Assembly: GCA_963799775.1 (NCBI GenBank) | Contig: CAWCYD010000003.1 | Coordinates: 1,120,001-1,184,000, forward strand | Length of the DNA: 64,000 nt | Direction: 5' to 3' | From: an uncultured archaeon | GTDB lineage: Archaea > Thermoproteota > Nitrososphaeria > Nitrososphaerales > Gagatemarchaeaceae | The notes under the pieces: model-generated | The model's database searches: none | What the model was told of the DNA's origin: nothing | The model's input: only the letters and a program-made list of their open reading frames with translations | Shown here: piece by piece, positions 60,387-64,000 of the stretch | Layout: each line of letters opens with the position of its first letter | Numbering within the stretch: the first letter of the stretch is position 1 | Made by a program: the position numbers and the translations under genes

Positions 60387-61606
60387 GGTAGCTCCATCTT
60401 GTTCTTCTCGCCTTTCAGGCTAGCAATAGCGTTGGCAGCTGTCCGTGACTGGAGGCCCCAGAGTTCGATGAACCCCACCGATGAGTTCTGGTCAAATGTC
60501 GACTCTTTCGAGTAGGTGGAGAGCTTCAGGCGATAAAGGGAGTTCGGCGAGGAGCGCCCGACTACCCTCATCGACCCCCGATGGAACTTCAGTCTGACCA
60601 CTCCGGTCACCCTGCGCTGCGTCGTCTCGATGAAGCTGTCCAGGGCGGTGCGGAGCGGCTCCATCCACAGTCCCGAGTAGACGAGCCAGGACCATTCTTT
60701 CTCGACCGAGGCCTTGAACGCGAGCTCGTTTCTTGTCAGGACCAGCTGCTCGAGATCCCTGTGCGCCTCGATGATCGCAAGGGCGGCAGGGCATTCGTAG
60801 ACCTCGCGCGACTTTATCCCGACTAGCCGGTCCTCGATCATGTCGACTATCCCGAACGAGTGGTTCCCCGCGATCTCGTTGACCTGCTGGATCAACTCGA
60901 TCCCGTCCAGCCTTCGACCGTTCAGGGAGACCGGGATGCCACCGTGGAACCCTATCTCGAGATACGTGGGCGAGCCTGGTGCGGAGTCGACGGGAGAGAC
61001 CCACTCGAACGCATCCTGGGGTGGCTCCGTCGCTGGGTCCTCGAGAGGCCCGCTCTCAATGGACCTCCCCCAGAGGTTCTGGTCGGTGCTGAAGATGGAT
61101 TTCTTGGGCTTGACGTTGATGCCGTGCTTCTTCGCATATTCCATCTCCTTGTCTCTGCTCATGTTCCACTCCCTCACCGGAGCGACGACCTTGATGCCCG
61201 GGTTCAACGAGCGGACCGTCACGTCCATCCTGACCTGGTCGTTGCCCTTTCCCGTGCAGCCGTGCGCGACGGCGGTGGCGCCCTCTCTCTCGGCCACCTC
61301 GACGAGCTTCGTCGCGATGAGGGGCCGTCCCAAGGCGGTCGCCAGCGGATACCTGCCCTCGTACATCCCGTTTGCCTTTATCGAAGGGAAGACGTAGTCG
61401 TCGACGAACTCCTTCCGCGCGTCCATCTGGAAGTGCTTGATGGCTCCCGTCGAGTGGGCCCTCTCTGCTATCTCGCGGAAGTCTTCTCTCTGTCCGAGGT
61501 TGAGCGTAAGCGTGATGACGTCAGCGTCGAACTTCTCCTGCAGCCACTTGATCGATACGGAGGTGTCGAGCCCGCCCGAGTAGGCCAACACTATCTTCTG
61601 CTTCAA
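60371..61606 (-). CDS. argG: Argininosuccinate synthase
   Basis: AYSGGLDTS, HGCTGKGNDQ, GIKSREVYE. Confidence 0.97.
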   Translation of the reverse strand: MKQKIVLAYSGGLDTSVSIKWLQEKFDADVITLTLNLGQREDFREIAERAHSTGAIKHFQMDARKEFVDDYVFPSIKANGMYEGRYPLATALGRPLIATKLVEVAEREGATAVAHGCTGKGNDQVRMDVTVRSLNPGIKVVAPVREWNMSRDKEMEYAKKHGINVKPKKSIFSTDQNLWGRSIESGPLEDPATEPPQDAFEWVSPVDSAPGSPTYLEIGFHGGIPVSLNGRRLDGIELIQQVNEIAGNHSFGIVDMIEDRLVGIKSREVYECPAALAIIEAHRDLEQLVLTRNELAFKASVEKEWSWLVYSGLWMEPLRTALDSFIETTQRRVTGVVRLKFHRGSMRVVGRSSPNSLYRLKLSTYSKESTFDQNSSVGFIELWGLQSRTAANAIASLKGEKNKMELPWTTS

Positions 61607-61688
61607 TGATGTTTTTTCTGGCCGCCCTGAAATCCTTTTATAGATTTTGGCCAGCAACGTCCCAAAACTGGAGGCTCTTGACACGAAA

Positions 61689-62375
61689 TTGGTCACGCCT
61701 GGCGCGATAATCGCTGCGGTAAGGGACGAGATCAGCTACGACCTCTCGATACAGGACGCGCTGGCCCGCGACTACGCCAACGTCAGCGCCATATCGAGGA
61801 TGCTGCAGCCAAGGATCAAAGAGAGGCTGGGAAAGGACGTCAACGTCGAGAGCATCATCACGTCTCTCAAGAGGCTGAAGGGCAGCTACTCTCCTGCCTC
61901 GGGGGAGATCCGTGCGATAATCGCTGACAGCGTCGTGAACGTGAGGACCAACGTCTCCAAGATCTCGGTGGAGAAGACAAGGAAGACTCTCGAGGCCGTC
62001 AGCACGCTCATTGCCACCCACCAGCAGGGTTTCCTTCACGTCTCGGAGAGCATCTCGAACATAACTCTCATCTTCGACCAGAAGCTGCACAAGAAGGTGA
62101 GGAGCAAGCTGTCGGATTCCGCGATACTCGAGGAGGGCGACGACTACGCGGCCATAATCGTGCAGAGCCCGATAGAGATCACCAACACCCCTGGCTGCCT
62201 CATCAACTTCTACAACCAGATCGCGAGGAGACACGTGAACATCGAGGACACCGTGAGCTGCCACACAGACACAATCATCGTCGTCAAGATGAAGGAGGTC
62301 GGAAAGGCGTTCACGGCCCTCACAGACCTCATCTCCGAGGAGCGGAAGGCCATCGAGGAGAAAAGTCACGCATGA
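61689..62375 (+). CDS. ACT-domain protein, probable amino-acid-responsive regulator
   Basis: ANVSAISR helical N-terminus; TPG...NIEDTVSCHTD ACT; between argG and carA. Confidence 0.75.
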   Translation: MVTPGAIIAAVRDEISYDLSIQDALARDYANVSAISRMLQPRIKERLGKDVNVESIITSLKRLKGSYSPASGEIRAIIADSVVNVRTNVSKISVEKTRKTLEAVSTLIATHQQGFLHVSESISNITLIFDQKLHKKVRSKLSDSAILEEGDDYAAIIVQSPIEITNTPGCLINFYNQIARRHVNIEDTVSCHTDTIIVVKMKEVGKAFTALTDLISEERKAIEEKSHA

Positions 62376-62467
62376 ATTTGGTATTTGGTCACGATTTCAA
62401 AGTCGTGCCCTGAATTTGGTCAAAGGCTTTAAAAAAGGAACAGCGGAACTTTTTTTCTTTAAGAGAC

Positions 62468-63649
62468 GTGATGGAAAAAGCGGAAGGGAGCGGCCCCGCA
62501 ATACTGCTTCTTGAAGACGGGACCGTCTTCTTCGGGAAGGGGTTCGGCGCCGAGGCGACGGTGGTCGGCGAGCTGGTGTTCAACACGGGGATGGTCGGCT
62601 ATCCGGAATCCATGACCGACCCGTCCTATTCGGGTCAGGTGCTCTCCTTCACGTATCCGTTGATAGGGAACTACGGCGTCCCGAACAGCAAGGAGAAGGA
62701 CGTCTACGGACTGCCAAGGCGCTTCGAGTCGGACGGGATCAAGGTGACAGGGATCGTCGTGCAGGAATACTGCCAGAGACCGAACCACTGGACCTCTGTC
62801 CAGACCCTCTCAAGGTGGATGGCCGACCAGGGAGTTCCGGGGATAGAGGGCGTCGACACGAGGGCGCTGGTCACCACGATAAGGGAGCGGGGCGTGATGA
62901 TGTGCGCGCTTGGGACTGGGCCAGAGATCGCGAGCAAGAGGGAGCTCAAGCGGCTCCTGGAGAAGGCGGCGAGATACGACTCTGTGGACTACGTGAGACG
63001 GGTCTCCGTGAAGAAGCCTGAGAGATTCGGCGTCTCGGAGAAGAGGGTGGTGCTCATCGACTGCGGGGTAAAGGAGAGCATCGTCAGGAACGTGCTCGGC
63101 CGCGGCTACTCCGTGGTCAGGATGCCGTTCGACTCGTCGTATGCCGACGTCATGCAGGATGACCCCGCCGGAGTCGTTGTGTCCAACGGGCCTGGCGACC
63201 CGCGCCTGTGCGTCGAGACCGTGAAGACGACCTCGAGGCTCGTCGACTCGGAGGTCCCTGTGCTGGGGATCTGCCTTGGCGAGCAAATACTGGGGATGTC
63301 CCAGGGGGCCGAGACTTACAAGCTGAAGTACGGTCATCGCGGTCAGAACAAGCCGGTCGTAGACGTCATCACTCGGAGGGGCTTCGTTACGAGCCAGAAC
63401 CACGGTTACGCCGTCGACCCCAGGACGCTCGCAAAGACAGAGCTCACGCCGTGGTTCATCAACGCCGACGACCATAGCGTCGAAGGCTTGGTGCACGGGA
63501 CCAAGCCGGCGATAGCCGTCCAGTTCCACCCTGAGGCGACACCGGGGCCTTACGATACCGAGTTCGTGTTCGACAGGTTCGTCGAGTTGATGTCTTCAGG
63601 CAAGAGGAAGAGCGTGGTAGGTGAGAGAGTTCGAAGCATGAGGGCGTGA
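62468..63649 (+). CDS. carA: Carbamoyl-phosphate synthase small subunit
   Basis: LEDG, TDPSY, SNGPGDP, GICLG, QFHPE. Confidence 0.97.
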   Translation: MMEKAEGSGPAILLLEDGTVFFGKGFGAEATVVGELVFNTGMVGYPESMTDPSYSGQVLSFTYPLIGNYGVPNSKEKDVYGLPRRFESDGIKVTGIVVQEYCQRPNHWTSVQTLSRWMADQGVPGIEGVDTRALVTTIRERGVMMCALGTGPEIASKRELKRLLEKAARYDSVDYVRRVSVKKPERFGVSEKRVVLIDCGVKESIVRNVLGRGYSVVRMPFDSSYADVMQDDPAGVVVSNGPGDPRLCVETVKTTSRLVDSEVPVLGICLGEQILGMSQGAETYKLKYGHRGQNKPVVDVITRRGFVTSQNHGYAVDPRTLAKTELTPWFINADDHSVEGLVHGTKPAIAVQFHPEATPGPYDTEFVFDRFVELMSSGKRKSVVGERVRSMRA

Positions 63650-64000
63650 AGAAGGCCCTAGTCCTCGGCAGTGGGGCGATAAAGATCGGAGAAGCAGGCG
63701 AGAGCCGCTAAGCGGCCGCAAATTCGACTACTCCGGTAGCCAATGCCTCAAGGCGCTGAGGGAAGAGGGGATCAGGTCGATACTGGTCAACCCGAACATC
63801 GCGACGATTCAGACGGACTCGAGGATGGCGGACAAGATCCACTTCCTCCCCGTCAATCCTGAGTTCGTCACCGACGTCATAGAGAAGGAGAGGCCCGACG
63901 CGGTCCTCCTCGGCTTCGGGGGACAGACCGCGCTCAACTGCGGGGTCGCACTATCCAGGTCGGGTGCGCTCACGAAGTATGGCGTGAAGGTGCTGGGCAC
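63646..64000 (+). CDS. carB: Carbamoyl-phosphate synthase large subunit, 5' part, interrupted by a 20-nt insertion
   Basis: [15 protein letters not shown] | [16 protein letters not shown]...[10 protein letters not shown]...GFGGQTALN after removing 63703-63722. Confidence 0.93.
63703..63722 (+). other. Putative BHB-type intron in carB mRNA
   Basis: GGCG AG|A GCCGC TAA GCGGC CGCA AA|T; in-frame TAA at 63709-63711. Confidence 0.75.

Overview
High-GC (about 60%, estimated by eye) archaeal chromosome segment. The gene content (Dph5 with C-terminal extension, RbkR, Hjc, FEN1, KEOPS, SepF, zinc ferredoxin, LysW/LysX/ArgX Arg-Lys cluster) points to a TACK archaeon, most likely a non-ammonia-oxidising Nitrososphaerota; this is inference. 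Most of the window is housekeeping genes, plus a beta-oxidation cluster and the argGH-lysW-argX-lysYZJ-lysM...lysWXK and carAB region. About two dozen single-base frameshifts in essential genes look like long-read consensus errors. The main finding is different in kind: carB is interrupted inside the conserved GEAGE|FDYSG motif by a 20-nt hairpin insertion carrying an in-frame stop. It folds into a relaxed bulge-helix-bulge (BHB) whose predicted cut sites restore the frame exactly, and it has the same architecture as a non-canonical intron in the tRNA-Lys gene of this window. It is therefore a candidate tRNA-type intron in an mRNA. Other points: a tRNA-Lys(CTT) with two inferred D-arm introns, a C/D-box guide RNA predicted to target the 23S P-loop, an unexplained 300-nt structured RNA candidate, repeated CTG/ACG starts, a low-GC zinc-finger nuclease abutting hjc, and an accessory insertion encoding a PEF-CTERM beta-propeller surface protein.
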